A DNA stretch of 64,000 bases from Lama glama (Eukaryota), in the NCBI GenBank assembly GCA_028534125.1, contig CM052818.1, forward strand, positions 36,582,001-36,646,000. The letters run 5' to 3'. Below, piece by piece: positions 13,284-26,245 of the stretch. Both the position numbers and the translations under genes were made by a program. The notes beneath the pieces were generated by a model that was given only the letters and a program-made list of their open reading frames with translations, was not told the DNA's origin and searched no databases. Each line of letters begins with the position of its first letter. Position 1 is the stretch's first letter.

Positions 13284-14114
13284 AAGGAATCAAGAGCCTA
13301 GTGAATGGGGATAGGAAGGGGGACGCACAAGGTACTGACTTAAAATCCCTGATAGAATGGCCGCTGAATGTTCACGTGGGTGCACAAGTGTGCATGCACA
13401 CACACTTGCCTGCTCACACACCAAGCCCCCACACATGGCTTCCACACTCCAGCACAGACCCACACAGCCCCAGCCTGCTCGGGCTGCAGCGGGGCTCCAG
13501 CCCCCACAGGGCAGGTGACGCTGGCAGACACCCCCTGTTTGCCCCATGGACTCTTTTTTCCCTCCAGTGGCCCTGAAGCACAGAGTCCCCCATGGCCACT
13601 TTGAGCTTCCCTCTCAGACACTTTTTCCTAAATCAGCTTCCAATCTGACTCATTTCAGCTTTAAAACAAGAAAACATCAATAAACACGATGAAGGGAGAC
13701 AGATGGTAACAATTACAGGAGGGAGAAAACAGCCCGTTCCCTCTACGAGGGGCAGGCAAACAGACTGGCCCCAGACAGTGCATCGTCCTCCGGCCACTGC
13801 GGTGTAAACCTGGGCGCAGGGCTGCCAGGGCCCGTCCCTCCCGCAGGGCACAGGCTAGCACCGAGGGGCCACGAAGGCCTCCAAGTCCCACTGGGCAGGC
13901 CCCTTGGAACCTGGCAACTGCCAGTTCTCCAGGGAGGGAGGGATGGATGTTCTAGCACATTCCAGGCTACCCCATTACCTCTGACGCTCTGTCTGAGGCC
14001 TGAGATCTGTGTGGGATGGCTTCCTCCTCTGCACCGGGGCCTACTGTGACAGCAGAAGCCTGTCTCCTCTAGCAGACGCTGAACTCCTCAGGGCAGGAGG
14101 GAGTTTCTCACTGT

Positions 14115-14300
14115 ATGTGGTGGTTAGAGCTGGGCGGCCTGGTTCACATGCAAGTCCTGCTACTTAACAAGTGGGGTGAGCTGGGCAAGCTGGTGGACCT
14201 CCCCGTACCCTCCTTTCCTCACCCCTAAAATAGAGAAAAGTCCAGACCTTCACTATAGGATTACAAATTAATAAGTGCAAAGGACTTAGATCCGAGCCAA
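14115..14300 (+). mobile_element. MIR SINE
   Basis: 'gtggttagagc...ctacttaac...ctgggcaag...tttcctcacccctaaaatagaga...aaggacttaga' follows the MIR consensus. Confidence 0.6.
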
Positions 14301-15149
14301 GCACACAAGGGTGCTGTGTGTAGATGCTGTCTTGCTATCGCCCATGCGGAAGGCTGGCTTCTTGTCCGGCACTCACGTAGCATTGGGAAGGCCTGCCCAG
14401 TAGAAGGATGAGGCCTGAAGCTGGGCCCTGAAAGCGGGAGGTGCTCCAGTTTGAGGAAGCCACACACTGAAGTTAGGGCTGAGAGGGTAAGCCCATGCTG
14501 GAGCGTGGTGCCCGAGGGTCTGGAAGTAGATGGCCAGGTCCAGGGGCCTGAGCTGGAGTTTACCGTCCTCCATCTCCTGGGACCACCATTTGTTCATCCT
14601 TTGTGGTTTGAGTAGGATAAGGATTCTGCCCTCCAGCAGATCAGATGGTCAGAGAGACAGGCAAGGAAACAGGTGCAACCTGGAGAGATCAAATGCTGTG
14701 ACAGAGCGGGGCACCTACCTAGCCATGTGGGTCCAGGAAAGCTGCCTGGAGGAAGAGGCTGAGTCCTGAGCGACAGGAGGAGGGGCGTGGTGGGGATGAA
14801 AGCAGGGGATGATGTGCCCTTCTGGGCACAGGTAGCATGATGCCTTTGGGGTCAGAACATCAGGGCATCCAGAGTGAGGGGTTTAGGGTCCCTGTTCCTT
14901 CATTACCCAAGTCCCCCTGGTAAGGACTGAATGTCCTAAGCCTCAGTTTCTCTACCTGTACAAGGAGATACCCTGTTTTTCCCAGGTCTGAGGAGGGGTC
15001 CAAGTCAGGACGTGCATGGGAAGTGCCTGGTTGACTCCTCGCACAAGGTGCTCACGGAAGGGGCTGCTGTTTTGGCCTCATTTACACACACAAGTGCTTG
15101 TGCATAATAAGCATTTCCTATTGCAGCAGTAGTCGCAAGTGTCCTCAAA

Positions 15150-15496
15150 CACTGTGACTGAGTGTGTATCCCTCCAGAGTTCATATGCTGAGATCCTAAC
15201 CCTTGCGTGATGGTATTAGGAGGTGGGCCTTTGGGAGGTCGTGAGGGTGGGGCCCTTATGAAAGGGACCAGTGCCCTTAGAAGAAGACAAGAGCACTTGC
15301 CTCCTTCCTCTCTGCTCTCCCTGTGGGGGGGGGTGCACATGGAAAAGTCGGCATATTGCAAGAGGGTCCTTACCAGCACCTGATCGTGCTGGCACCCTGA
15401 TCTCAGACTTCCAGCCTCCAGAACCGCAAGAAATCAATGCCTGCTGTTCACAAGCCACCCAGGTTAGATTTCGTTACGGCTGCCTGAGCTAAGATA
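15150..15496 (+). mobile_element. MaLR solo LTR (MLT1A-like)
   Basis: 'ttcatatgctgagatcctaaccc...gatggtattaggaggtgggcctttgggagg...gctggcaccctgatctcagacttccagcctccagaac...ctaagata'. Confidence 0.85.
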
Positions 15497-16599
15497 CACA
15501 TGCACCTCCCACGTGTTCACATGCCAGGGTACAAAGAGCAGCAGTTGGCAGGCACCAACGCCATCTCCCCCTTTGCTCTGACATGTGCTCCCACCTCCCC
15601 CAGTCAACCCGACTCTGCTGAGCCTCAAGCCTCGGGGGAAGTGCGGTGGCCCCCCTCATGCTGGGGCCCTGGATCCCCAGAGCTGCATTTAACCATCTCA
15701 GAGCGACGTCATTCTGGGCTCACTTTGAGCGTCAGGCAGAAGGAGGCTGCCGAAATTTCAGGATGAAGGGGAGGAGGGTATAATTTACCCCCTCCTCACC
15801 CCCATCCGCCTCCCACACCCCGCCCAGGGCCTGTTACAAATGTGCATCAGGCAGCTTGTCTGGTGAGCCCTCCCCAAAGGCAGGGGGTGACCTTCTGTTG
15901 CACATTTTTTGGCGGCTTCTATTTTAAAACATATGAGTGCTCCCCTTGTTCTCCTGGGGCGCTCAGCATTTTCACATCTTTCTGGGTTGCCCATTTACTG
16001 GCCTGGAGGAGTCCTTCCCGTCAGCACCAGGGCCACGCACACTCCTCTTCCCCCAGATGCTCTAGACACGACCTTTCCCAAGCTTCTGCAGGAGGGCAGT
16101 GGCCTGGGAGTCGGGAGGCCTGGGCTCTGGGCCACGCGGACAAGACCCTTCCCTGCTCCGGGCCACATTTAAAAACTGGGCAGTTGGGAAACAGCAGCAT
16201 GTTTTAGCCTGGGGGCCTTTCCCATTCTCTGCCCTGAGCAGTCTCACTCAGGTGGGCTGAGGCAGGGCCTGGGGCTCCAGGCTGCAGATCCCGTGCCTCA
16301 GCTGCTGCTGCTGCTGGGAGAGGTCGGAGAGCCCTGCATCAGCTGCTCTGCAGGACCAACCTCCTGCACAGGCAAATGCTGGTTCTTCCCCACTAGGGGA
16401 CTGGGGCTTGGAGCACCCTGGTCCTTCCTCCAAGGCTGTCCCTGCAGTGAGGCTTGTGCCTCTGGCTACCGGGCTGAACACCATTAAAACAGCATCCCAG
16501 TAGCTCCCTGCCCGCTGGTCCCATGATCAGGACCACGCAGCCTTGCCCACGTGGTAGTTCTCATCATGCATGGCACGCTGGCCTTGACGTCCATCTCTG

Positions 16600-17800
16600 T
16601 GGGCTTGGCCTCCTCTCTTTAACTGCTGGTGTTTCTCAGGGTTCTGTAATGTTCTTCTCATGATCGCCTGACTGCCACATCTTTGCCACTTTGAATTCCA
16701 GACCCCACATATTCAGATGCCTCCTGCACATCTCCGCCTGGATGTGCTACCTGCACCTCACACTCAGTGTGTCCTCACTGGATTCCCAATGTCTTCCTCC
16801 CCAGCCCGGATCTGCTCTCATGGTTGTGTGCTCAGTCCCTGAGCTGGTTCCCCTACACCCTGTCACCAAGGTGAGAACAGGGCCTCAGCTTTCACAGCCC
16901 AGCTCCCTGCCACCACACTCTCCACCCACCAGCAGCCTTGCTGATGCTCGTCTCAGTATTTCCCCAGCAGCCCTGTCTCCCTGCCTCCCACTCCTGCCTT
17001 CCACCTGGCCGTCCTGTCACTGTGGGGTCTGCCCTACTCTGATCCTCTGTTGCAGCCAGATAGTTTTCTATAATGTAAATATGATCACATCACTCTCCCC
17101 TCTAAAACCCTGCAGTCCGTAGTCTAAGGGGTCAAGTCCAAACTCCCTGATGTAGTCCNNNNNNNNNNNNNNNNNNNNNNNNNNNNNNNNNNNNNNNNNN
17201 NNNNNNNNNNNNNNNNNNNNNNNNNNNNNNNNNNNNNNNNNNNNNNNNNNNNNNNNNNNNNNNNNNNNNNNNNNNNNNNNNNNNNNNNNNNNNNNNNNNN
17301 NNNNNNNNNNNNNNNNNNNNNNNNNNNNNNNNNNNNNNNNNNNNNNNNNNNNNNNNNNNNNNNNNNNNNNNNNNNNNNNNNNNNNNNNNNNNNNNNNNNN
17401 NNNNNNNNNNNNNNNNNNNNNNNNNNNNNNNNNNNNNNNNNNNNNNNNNNNNNNNNNNNNNNNNNNNNNNNNNNNNNNNNNNNNNNNNNNNNNNNNNNNN
17501 NNNNNNNNNNNNNNNNNNNNNNNNNNNNNNNNNNNNNNNNNNNNNNNNNNNNNNNNNNNNNNNNNNNNNNNNNNNNNNNNNNNNNNNNNNNNNNNNNNNN
17601 NNNNNNNNNNNNNNNNNNNNNNNNNNNNNNNNNNNNNNNNNNNNNNNNNNNNNNNNNNTTACTGTGTAATAGACACACGCATGTTGGCTGCCACCCTGGA
17701 CCTCGAGAGTGGGGACCATTCTGGTTACCACTGTGCCCCCAGCATCTAGCACTCGGCCTGGCACACACTTAATACATGTTTGTCATATGAATGAGTGACT
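16600..17800 (+). mobile_element. L2 LINE remnant spanning the 500-N gap
   Basis: L2-like 'ccagacccc..atattcagatgcctcctgcacatctcc..ctggatgtg' before the gap, and the L2 3' terminus 'cccagcatctagcactcggcctggcaca...tgaatgagtga' after it. Confidence 0.7.
17159..17658. other. Assembly gap (500 N)
   Basis: Run of exactly 500 N. Confidence 1.
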
Positions 17801-19974
17801 AACTGATCACGATCAGGGGAACCGGTTAACAGAATCACAAAGTAGAACCCTGTAACTGACCTCAACTCCCAGTCAAAAACCTCCTGGAACGGGCTCTGAT
17901 ACAAACCTTCTTGTAGTTACTTTGTTCCTGTTCCTAGTGTGAGGCTTTCTAAAAACCCATAAATATTTTGTTTCCTAATTGCTTATCTGCACCTTAATCA
18001 CATAGTCGTTTTATTATTATTATTATCATTATTGTTATTATTAATGGTGATAAATAAAACGAAGCATAAAAGTATTTCCAGGAAAAAACGATTGTGTGAT
18101 TTAGAATTTTTAATTAATATGAGTTGGGGTTTGTATCGAGTGCGCTGTGCGAGAATGGATAATCCTCAGTACCTCCCCCAACGGGTTTGGTATCTAAATG
18201 CTCCATATTGTAATTTACATCCTGAGGGGCTCACGGCACTTAGAAAACCATCAGTTCTCCAGTTATCTGCTTCCTATCAGCAACGCTTTCTCAAATGAAT
18301 GCATTTCAATTAAAGGAAGAATTTACCCGAGTACACGCGAGGTGTGTATTTTGTGAATTATAGCTCTAACTTTGAATAAACACAAAACAACAAACATTTT
18401 TCTGAGCTCCTATGATATCCCAGGCATTGAAGATAAGACAAAGAGGAAGAAGGCAGGCTCTAACTCCAAGGAGACTGCAGCCTTGCTGGGAAGAAGGATG
18501 TACATAAAACCAAACCGTTCAATGCGGTTCGGGGCAAGAGAGGGGAGATCTCACAGTACGAATGGGAGTTCCGGGCACAGACAATAAGCTATAGATGTGT
18601 TCAAGAGAAAACAAAACAAAAGACTAAAACTTGACAAGGAGATACTGCCATTTGCATGTTTACCGACACAGTTTTTCTCCCTTCTGTATGTAGTAACGTC
18701 TTCCAGATTATTTCTGGGCACTGCTTTTTTTTCTCATCACACCAGGAAGAGAGGTGGATATTACTGACATCTTGGTATGAACACCAAAAGGTGACCTTTT
18801 TGGCCAATGATGGGTAACCTCAAAGCTGGAGACTCACTGCCCCTCCCTCCCTATCCTGGGTCACTTCAAGGCCCTGAGAAAGAGAGGGGTGTGTGAGAAT
18901 CTAAATTGACTCCATGATAACTTGGGAAATAGCAGCACATATTACAACAGAGCCTTGCTCACCGAAGAAACAAAGTTCAGGGCCCTTTAAAGAATGAGGT
19001 ACCAAGTCTGTGTATAATCGTATATGATTCAATTTCAGATACTCAGTTAAAAACAACTTTCCCATTGAGTCCAAGACTGAAAAAGCCAAGTGCATCACTG
19101 GTAGTCTCCCACCTCCTTTTCTGCGTTCCCTCCTGGGGTTTCTCAATCATTTTTCCACTGCACCTCATCCCTCTTGGCATCACCAGCACAGGGCAGGGAA
19201 AAGAGATTCTTCTCTGGGGTCAGAGGGCCTGCTTTCAAGTCCCTGTGTGTTCTGGGCAATTGGCCAGCCCCTCTGAGTCACCATCTCCTGCCTGCAGGAC
19301 ACAGATGGCACCGCCCTGAGTACTCCTTGGGTGGCTGAGGTACCAGGATAGCGTCTGCCGTTCAGTGGGGGCTCAGCGGGTCTCTAGCTGCCTTCTCCCC
19401 TCCCTGATGAGCCCACAAGCACCTGCTCCCTGAGTGCCCAGACCCCCCAGGTGAGACTCTCCTCTTCCCCTCCCCTCTGATTTCCATTTAGCTTTGGGAT
19501 AAAAACTCTGATAAAATCTACTCACACCAAGCAATGAATGATTCATTCCCTCAGGAGGTTAAAACAGCTAATTGTGTTTTATAAGAAGAAGAATTTCATA
19601 AAGTGAAACTTTCCTTGTTAAATTGGTCAGGTTGAACATGAAATTTTGGGCAGATCCCTTAAGAATCCGTCAGACAATGTCCAACATGGTGCCTTAGATC
19701 TGGCAGCTAGACAGAACAGATAGTCAGCTCATGACAGCAAGTCACGGGAAGGGCAGTCCCAAAAGGGGTCCTAAACAAATGAAGTCACAGAGACCCCCGC
19801 ACCTCGCAGCAGAGCCTGCTGGGGGAAAGGCCTCCTGGCTCTCTGAGCACCCGCTGGGCTCAAGGCCCGGTTTTGCCGCTGAAGCAGGGCTTCTGCCTGC
19901 AGCACCTTCCTGAGTGTCTGAAGAATGTTCGGGAATCAGCTCTGTACGTCTCTCTTGAATCTCTCCCTCTCTTT

Positions 19975-19977
<3 letters not shown>

Positions 19978-20014
<37 letters not shown>
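19978..20014. repeat. (CA)n microsatellite, ~18 units
   Basis: Direct reading. Confidence 0.97.
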
Positions 20015-20016
<2 letters not shown>

Positions 20017-22897
20017 GGTTGACCCTGATCCTCACCCCCATATACTCTAACTTGTCCTTCAAGGACTTCTCCCAGTTCCTGAAGACATGGTGGGATTCCA
20101 CAGTGCTGAAGTACCCGAGAAGGAGGCGGCTCTGGATAACGTTCCTGCTTTTATTAGAATTCCTCCTTCTTTCAGGCCCAGAGGCTAGGATATGTGTCAA
20201 TCTGCACAGACACTTTAATCAGCAAAAATGAACATTTACAACAAAACAGAGAGAAGATTCAGGGTGAGGGCTTCCTCCGTGTCCCTCACAGGCAGCCGTC
20301 CCTGGGGAGCCTGCGCCCCTCGGACCGCCTCCAGCAGGGACACAGCGCAGCATGGAGGTCATCCAACAAGAAACAGGGCCATATTGTCCCCCAAGCAGTT
20401 GAGGACTTACTCCAGGGTCTTACGGAGTAAAGAGGTCAGGTCAGGCTGGATCAGGCGGGACTCCAGCAGGCAGGGCAGACCCTTGGCTGACTGTCCATAG
20501 GACCTTCCTGCTTCACCATCAAAGGGGCCTGGCCCTGGGTTCTGCAAGTGGCTAAGAAGACAACTGCTTCTGGGCCCTGGCTGCAGCCCTGGGTGAGGGC
20601 AGTGAGCTGAGTCAGGAGGGGACCTCACGCCTACAGCCAGCCAAGCAACAGAGAGGAGGAGTGTCGGGGATGGGTGGAAGGAGGCAGCTTCAAGGGAGGG
20701 GTCCTGCCTAACTGCAAGGGGTGGGTGGGATCCGTGCACATCTTACAGGCCTCCTTTCTGTTCTCATGCCTGATCTTGCTCCTCTCTCTCTCTCTCCCTC
20801 TCCCTCTGACGAACACAAATGACCCAAAGTGGCCTGGTCTTTCCATTTTGCAGATGAGCACCCGATGCTCCAGTGGCCTGAGTCCTCGGGGCACGTCCAA
20901 TGTCAGAACCAGAGGGAAAAGCTCTCAGTGTCCACCTCCAGGGCTTCTGCTGCTGCCTGGAAGTGACACTGCCTCCCAGGAAATCTGCCACCTTCATCAT
21001 TGTCAGTTCTTTCCTCAGGTGACACCCATGTCCCAGTGGGACCACTTATCAGCAGGCCTTGTAACCAGCAGCAACTGCCTCAGTTACAGGGTGGAGAAGC
21101 GCCCTTCCAGCTGTCTGTCGGTCCTGGGTCCAGATGCCTCATGCTGGGTAGCAACAGGGTCCCCACTGGGCCTGCTCCGGCCCCTGGGAACTGAAGACAG
21201 TCTCGCCATGGGACTGTCCACCAGGCACCCAAACCTGAGCCCGCAGAATTGACTTCACGGAGCTGTGGCTGCCTCACCACAAGTCCAGACACCTTCTCTG
21301 GGCAGAGCCCCTTGGAGGACATGAGTACAATGCTGGATGACCGGGGAGCCCCACAAAACCCTTTCCTGCCCTGAGCTCCACAGTGAGCCGAGCACAGACT
21401 CCTCCTCCCTCTGGACCTGAGTGCAGCTGCAGCATCGGAGCCTTGGATGGTGAGTCTGCCCGGCTCCGCCGTCGGGCAGCCACTCCCCAGCACTGGCCCC
21501 GGGGACGGCCGGGGGGTGTGGACTCACACGGGTTCATATGCTTTCCTGGGCTCCAGTACCACAGAGAAAACATTCTTCCCTGGCCACACCCTCTCCAGCT
21601 CCCTCTTTCAGACAACCGACCAGGGGAGACTCTTCTTCCAAACACCCCAGGGCCTTTGAAAAGGCCTAGGCCTCTGAACCCACCTGTAAAATGAGTGAAT
21701 TCTTTCAGTTCTGGAATCCCATGTTTCCATTTGCTGATGGGCAAGAGCTGTGACATCATTTCCTGAGAAATCAGGGGTCCATGAGTCACAGAATCGCTGG
21801 CCAATCCAAGCTGGCCTGGGGTGGGAGACCCTCTCCCGAGTTCTGATCTCTCTGAGCCTATGGGGTGCAGTCCCCAGCGGCCAGGCTGGGGTAGCACCTG
21901 AGATCCAAGCTCACACCCCTCCAGAAACCAGACCCTCGGGAGAGAGGGCCCGAGTTTAAACAAGCATTTTCTTTTAGAACAGTTGCCTGAAGCTGCCCCT
22001 TGGCTGGAAGGGACAGTCATCTGCTTCTATGCCGTGGCCGTGGCTTTCCTGACCTCCTTGTAGCTTCCCAAAGGTGCTCACTGACCTCACCCAGGACCCC
22101 GGGCAGGTGGGGAGTAGGCTTCCTGGGCAGGGTGGCGTGCTGACTCAGGGTCAGCCCTGGGACTGACCAGGACAGAATGTCTCCAGGGGACCTCTGTGCA
22201 GGCACTGCAGCCAGCACTGTTACTAAGAAAAGCCCAAGAAGAGAGGGTAACACAACACGCCTGCCTGGGACTGGCCTAGGGTGGGGGCAGGGGCAGATGA
22301 CTCAGGAGATGCTCCGGGAGGCACGGGGAGGGCGTCATGTCTAACTGTCCAGCACACTGTCCCCTTGTTTTTCAGGGTGAAGAGGCCTTGCACTCTGGTT
22401 GTTTCCAAATCCTGCAGAAACTAGGCATGGCCCCGCAGGCCTCTGGGGCCCTAGAGAGTGGACAGCCCATGCTTCTCAAAGGGGCTGAGGACCAGGGACA
22501 CACTCAGAGACCCTTGCTGTTGTCCCCTGCCCCCGGATAAGTGGGTTTCTCCAGGGCTGTGACTGCCATGGCCACTGGACTCTGCTCTGTCCACCCTGCA
22601 TCAGCCTGGCCATGTGCTTTCCTCTGGACCCAGAGCCTCGAGGGCTTCCTTCTCTCGGTGACGCTGAAGCAGCAGCTGTTAACAGAGCCCCATGTGTATC
22701 TGGCACCAGGAAGCCTTGGGTGTATATCTGGCGATACACCCATGGGAGGTTGGGTCATAAACAAACAACATGCTAAGATATGGGGTGGAAATCCCTGAAG
22801 ACAACATAAAAAAGTTGTCAGGCAAGACCAACTTGGGCAGTGAAGTGGGCTAGCCTGAGAACCTAATAACCATAGATGCACTGTTTAGTAGGGGGGA

Positions 22898-23265
22898 TGT
22901 TATGGACTGAATGCTTGTGTCACCCCAAATTCATATATTGAAATCCTAACCCCACAACATGATGGTATTAGGAGATAGGGTCTTTGGGAGGTGATGAGGT
23001 CATGAGGATGGAACTCTCATGAACGGAATTAGTGCCCTCATAAAAGAGACCCCAGAGAGCTCTCCAGCCTTCTTTCTGCCCTGTGAAGACACAGTAAGAA
23101 GTCAGCAGTCTGTAAGCTGGAAGAGAGCCCTCATCAGAACCTGACCAAGCTGGCACTCTGATCTTGGACTTTCAGTGCCCAGAACTGTAAGGAATAAATT
23201 TCTCTTGTTTGTAAGCCACCCAGTCTATGGTATATTTGTTACAGCAACTGGAACTGACTGAGACA
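22898..23265 (+). mobile_element. Near full-length MaLR solo LTR (MLT1A0-like)
   Basis: TG...CA termini: starts 'tgttatggactgaatgcttgtgtcaccccaaattcatat', contains AATAAA, ends 'gactgagaca'. Confidence 0.92.
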
Positions 23266-23911
23266 GAGGTGCACTTGTATTTTTCACTGGGCATCTCAGA
23301 GCTAAGAGTGCATCCCTGCTCTATCCCCCGCAACTCCAGTGGTTTTGCCTAAAGGAATCTGTTCTTATTCCAGGACTGTAGAAACTGGAAGGAAGGCACA
23401 ATGAGATGGAGAACACAGCTTGGCTCTTATAGACCCTGGCTTGGTCCTGAATTCCCACCCTGGGGGCCAAGGTGGTCCCTAAAGGGTCTGCTCTTACCTG
23501 AGGGCATCATTCACAAGCACAGCATGGTTTAATAAGACCCCAGACCCGCCAGTGGCTTGCTGGTGGCAAACCACCCAGAGCGGAGGCTTGAAAGTACATG
23601 CCTGTTCCAGCATGGAATTTTGCTCCTTTACAACCATATAAATTACTTCATCTTATTTAACTGCCATTAGCAAATTGTTCACCCAAATTCACACACCCAG
23701 AGTGAAACCACTGGACTCAGACATTTTACTATTAAGGATGCTTTCCTCTCACCCAAAGCCCATTTAACATGCATATGAATTTTAGCAGCCCACCAAATCT
23801 TCCATCCCAGCTTGCTGAGCCCCTCAAAAGCCCTTGAAGGTATTTAAAAACTCTTCTCCCCTTTTAATGATGCTTTTTGTTCAGTTTTCGAACATGTGAG
23901 TGTTCATGGGT

Positions 23912-23985
23912 TGGTACAGCACAGTGGAGTTGTCAGGAGCCCAGAATTGGGGGTGAGACAGATCCAGATTTAAATTCCAGACAGT
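23912..23985 (+). mobile_element. MIR 5' part (interrupted by L1)
   Basis: 'tacagcacagtgg...gagacagatccagatttaaattccag' matches the MIR head; it continues at 24663. Confidence 0.55.
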
Positions 23986-24659
23986 GCAGCCATTGTGGAA
24001 AACAGTATGGAGATTCCTTAAAAAACTAAAAACAGACTTGTATGATCCAGCAATCCCTCTCTTGGGCATATATTCAGAGGAAACTCTGATTCGAAAAGAT
24101 ACATGCACCCCAAAGTTCCTAGCAACACTATTTACAATAGCCAAGACATGGAAGCTACCTAAATGTCCATTGACAGATAACTGGATAAAGAAGTTGTGGT
24201 ATATTTATACAATGGAATACTACTCAGTCATAAAAAGAATGAAATAATGACATTTCCTGGAGATTTTCATACTAAGTGAAGTAAGCCAGAAAGAGAAAGA
24301 AAAATACCATATGATATCACTTATATGTGGAATCAAAAAAAATTATACAAATGAACTTATTTACAGAACAGAAACAGCTTCACAGAAGTAGAAAATAAAC
24401 TTACAGTTACCAGAGAGGAAAGGGAGTGGGCAGGGATAAATTGGGAGTTTGGGCTTTGCAGATCCTAACTACTATATATAAAATAGATAAACAGTAAGGT
24501 CTTACTGTATAGTATAGGCAACTATATTCAGTATCTTGTAATAGTCTATAATGAAAAAGAATATGAAAAGGAATATACATATATGTATAGCTGAATCACT
24601 ATGCTGTATGCCAGAAACTAACACAATGTTGTAAATAGGCTATACTTCAATTAAAAAAA
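23986..24659 (+). mobile_element. 5'-truncated L1 (ORF2 C-terminus, 3' UTR, short poly-A)
   Basis: Translates as QPLWKTVWRFLKKLKTDLYDPAIPLLGIY...WIKKLWYIYTMEYYS; ends 'tatacttcaattaaaaaaa'. Degenerate TSD tccagacagt / tccaaacagt. Confidence 0.95.
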
Positions 24660-24662
24660 CCC

Positions 24663-24835
24663 TCCAAACAGTTTGAACATTAGCGAGGTATGGGTTAACT
24701 TCCCTAGGCCTCAGTTTTCTTATCTGTAAAATGGGAATAACAGTACTTATGTCATAGGGTTGTTGTGAGGCTTAAGTGAGATGATGCAGAGTGTTAAGTG
24801 CAGTGTCAGATGTGATGCAGGCATGCAAGAATGAT
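24663..24835 (+). mobile_element. MIR 3' part
   Basis: 'gcctcagttttcttatctgtaaaatgggaataacagtact...catagggttgttgtgagg' is the classic MIR core. Confidence 0.85.
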
Positions 24836-25743
24836 GGTTATCACTGTGGCTGTTTTTATTCTTAGCTAAGTAGAGGTGGACAGGGTCAAAGGTGGCCTCT
24901 TCTGCTCTCTGACTGGGAGACAAGAACTTGAGCAGTGGCCCTAGAGCAGACTCTGGCAGGAAGGGTTCCGTGTGAGCCAGGTCTTTTCCCGTCTCCAAGC
25001 CTGATGGATTCCACTCCTTCCTTGAGCTCTCTTCTTTCTGGCAGGAATCTCCATTCAGAGAACATTCCATTTAAGAAGGTCCTGCATCGCTCATCCAGGA
25101 GTCAGGGGAGGCAATGTCATCAAAAGGGTGAAAGCGCAAAAACTGAGCTGGTGCAGGAACAATGCTCCCTACATAAGAAGGCCTGGGAGTGCTGCCAGGT
25201 ACATGTGGACGTCAGCTTGGGATCCTGGGACAAAGATGCTCATCAGACTGGAGAATGGAGTCACGAACGCCCAGTGCCCGGGCTGGAAGACCAAGGACTT
25301 TCCGCCTCAGTAGCTGAGGCTTTAAGTCTCTAGCCCTTTCCCTTCTTCTCCACTTCATATTTTAACAATAATGCTATTTAATATGGGCCCGTCTGAATAA
25401 CTTTATTCTTCCCTTAGATCTATGCCTATAAAAGGATGCTGTGTTGTCCAGGCCGCCTATAATTCATTATGCTGAATTCCCTTCCATCTGGAGACTTATA
25501 CAGTTGTTGAAAAGCTGTCACTATAACCTATTGTCACTGCAACCTTTTATGAACCAGCCTACATTTTTATGTCAAAAATTTATCTTAATGGCCTCACAGC
25601 TCTTACCTCCAATTATTTCGGTGTCACCAACCTCCAGCTTGGGCTGTGTTCCAGTTAATATGCGGGAACAAATTTCCTCTTTGCTCCTAGGCTGGCCCCA
25701 CACTTGAAACCTTGTGGATAATGTGGCATAACCCCTCAAGTGG

Positions 25744-25783
25744 CACACATATACACACACATACATATATATATATATATACA
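25744..25783. repeat. Compound (CA)/(TA) microsatellite
   Basis: Direct reading. Confidence 0.85.
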
Positions 25784-26109
25784 CTCCCTGCAGAATGTGA
25801 GTAGGGCCAGGACCTTTGGGGGACACACTAAGGAAGGTGGTGGGATGACGAAACCTAGACAGCAGTGGCTGAGCTCAGAGGAGCTCTATGTCACCCACAT
25901 GTGGAAGGAAGCACAGAGGAGGGACGCGGCACCTTGCAAGGAGACTGGGCTCATTTTTCTCTTTTGTTTAAAAATTACAAACAGGAATACACATATTTCC
26001 CTGTCCACACAACTGACAAACGCTAGAGGGAAAAAAATCATGGGTACTATTAGGAATGAGTACCAATATCCTCATTAAGGATTCCTCTTGCTCATATTTT
26101 TCCAACATT

Positions 26110-26245
26110 CACTATGTGCATATTTACATGTATACAAATATGTAAATATTTGTATATATGTAAATATAAACATATTTTCCATATTAAATGTATATAAGGT
26201 ATTACATGACATACGTTATATATATTAAAATATTTAAAGATATTT
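26110..26245. repeat. AT-rich low-complexity / decayed (TA)n tract
   Basis: Repeated tatat/atgtaaatat motifs. Confidence 0.6.

Noticed and set aside
16021..16040. REST/NRSE-like motif TCAGCACCagGGCCAC
   Set aside because: The right half-site has two mismatches to GGACAG, which is too weak.
17124..17768. 214-aa and 210-aa ORFs
   Set aside because: Artefacts of translating through the 500-N gap.
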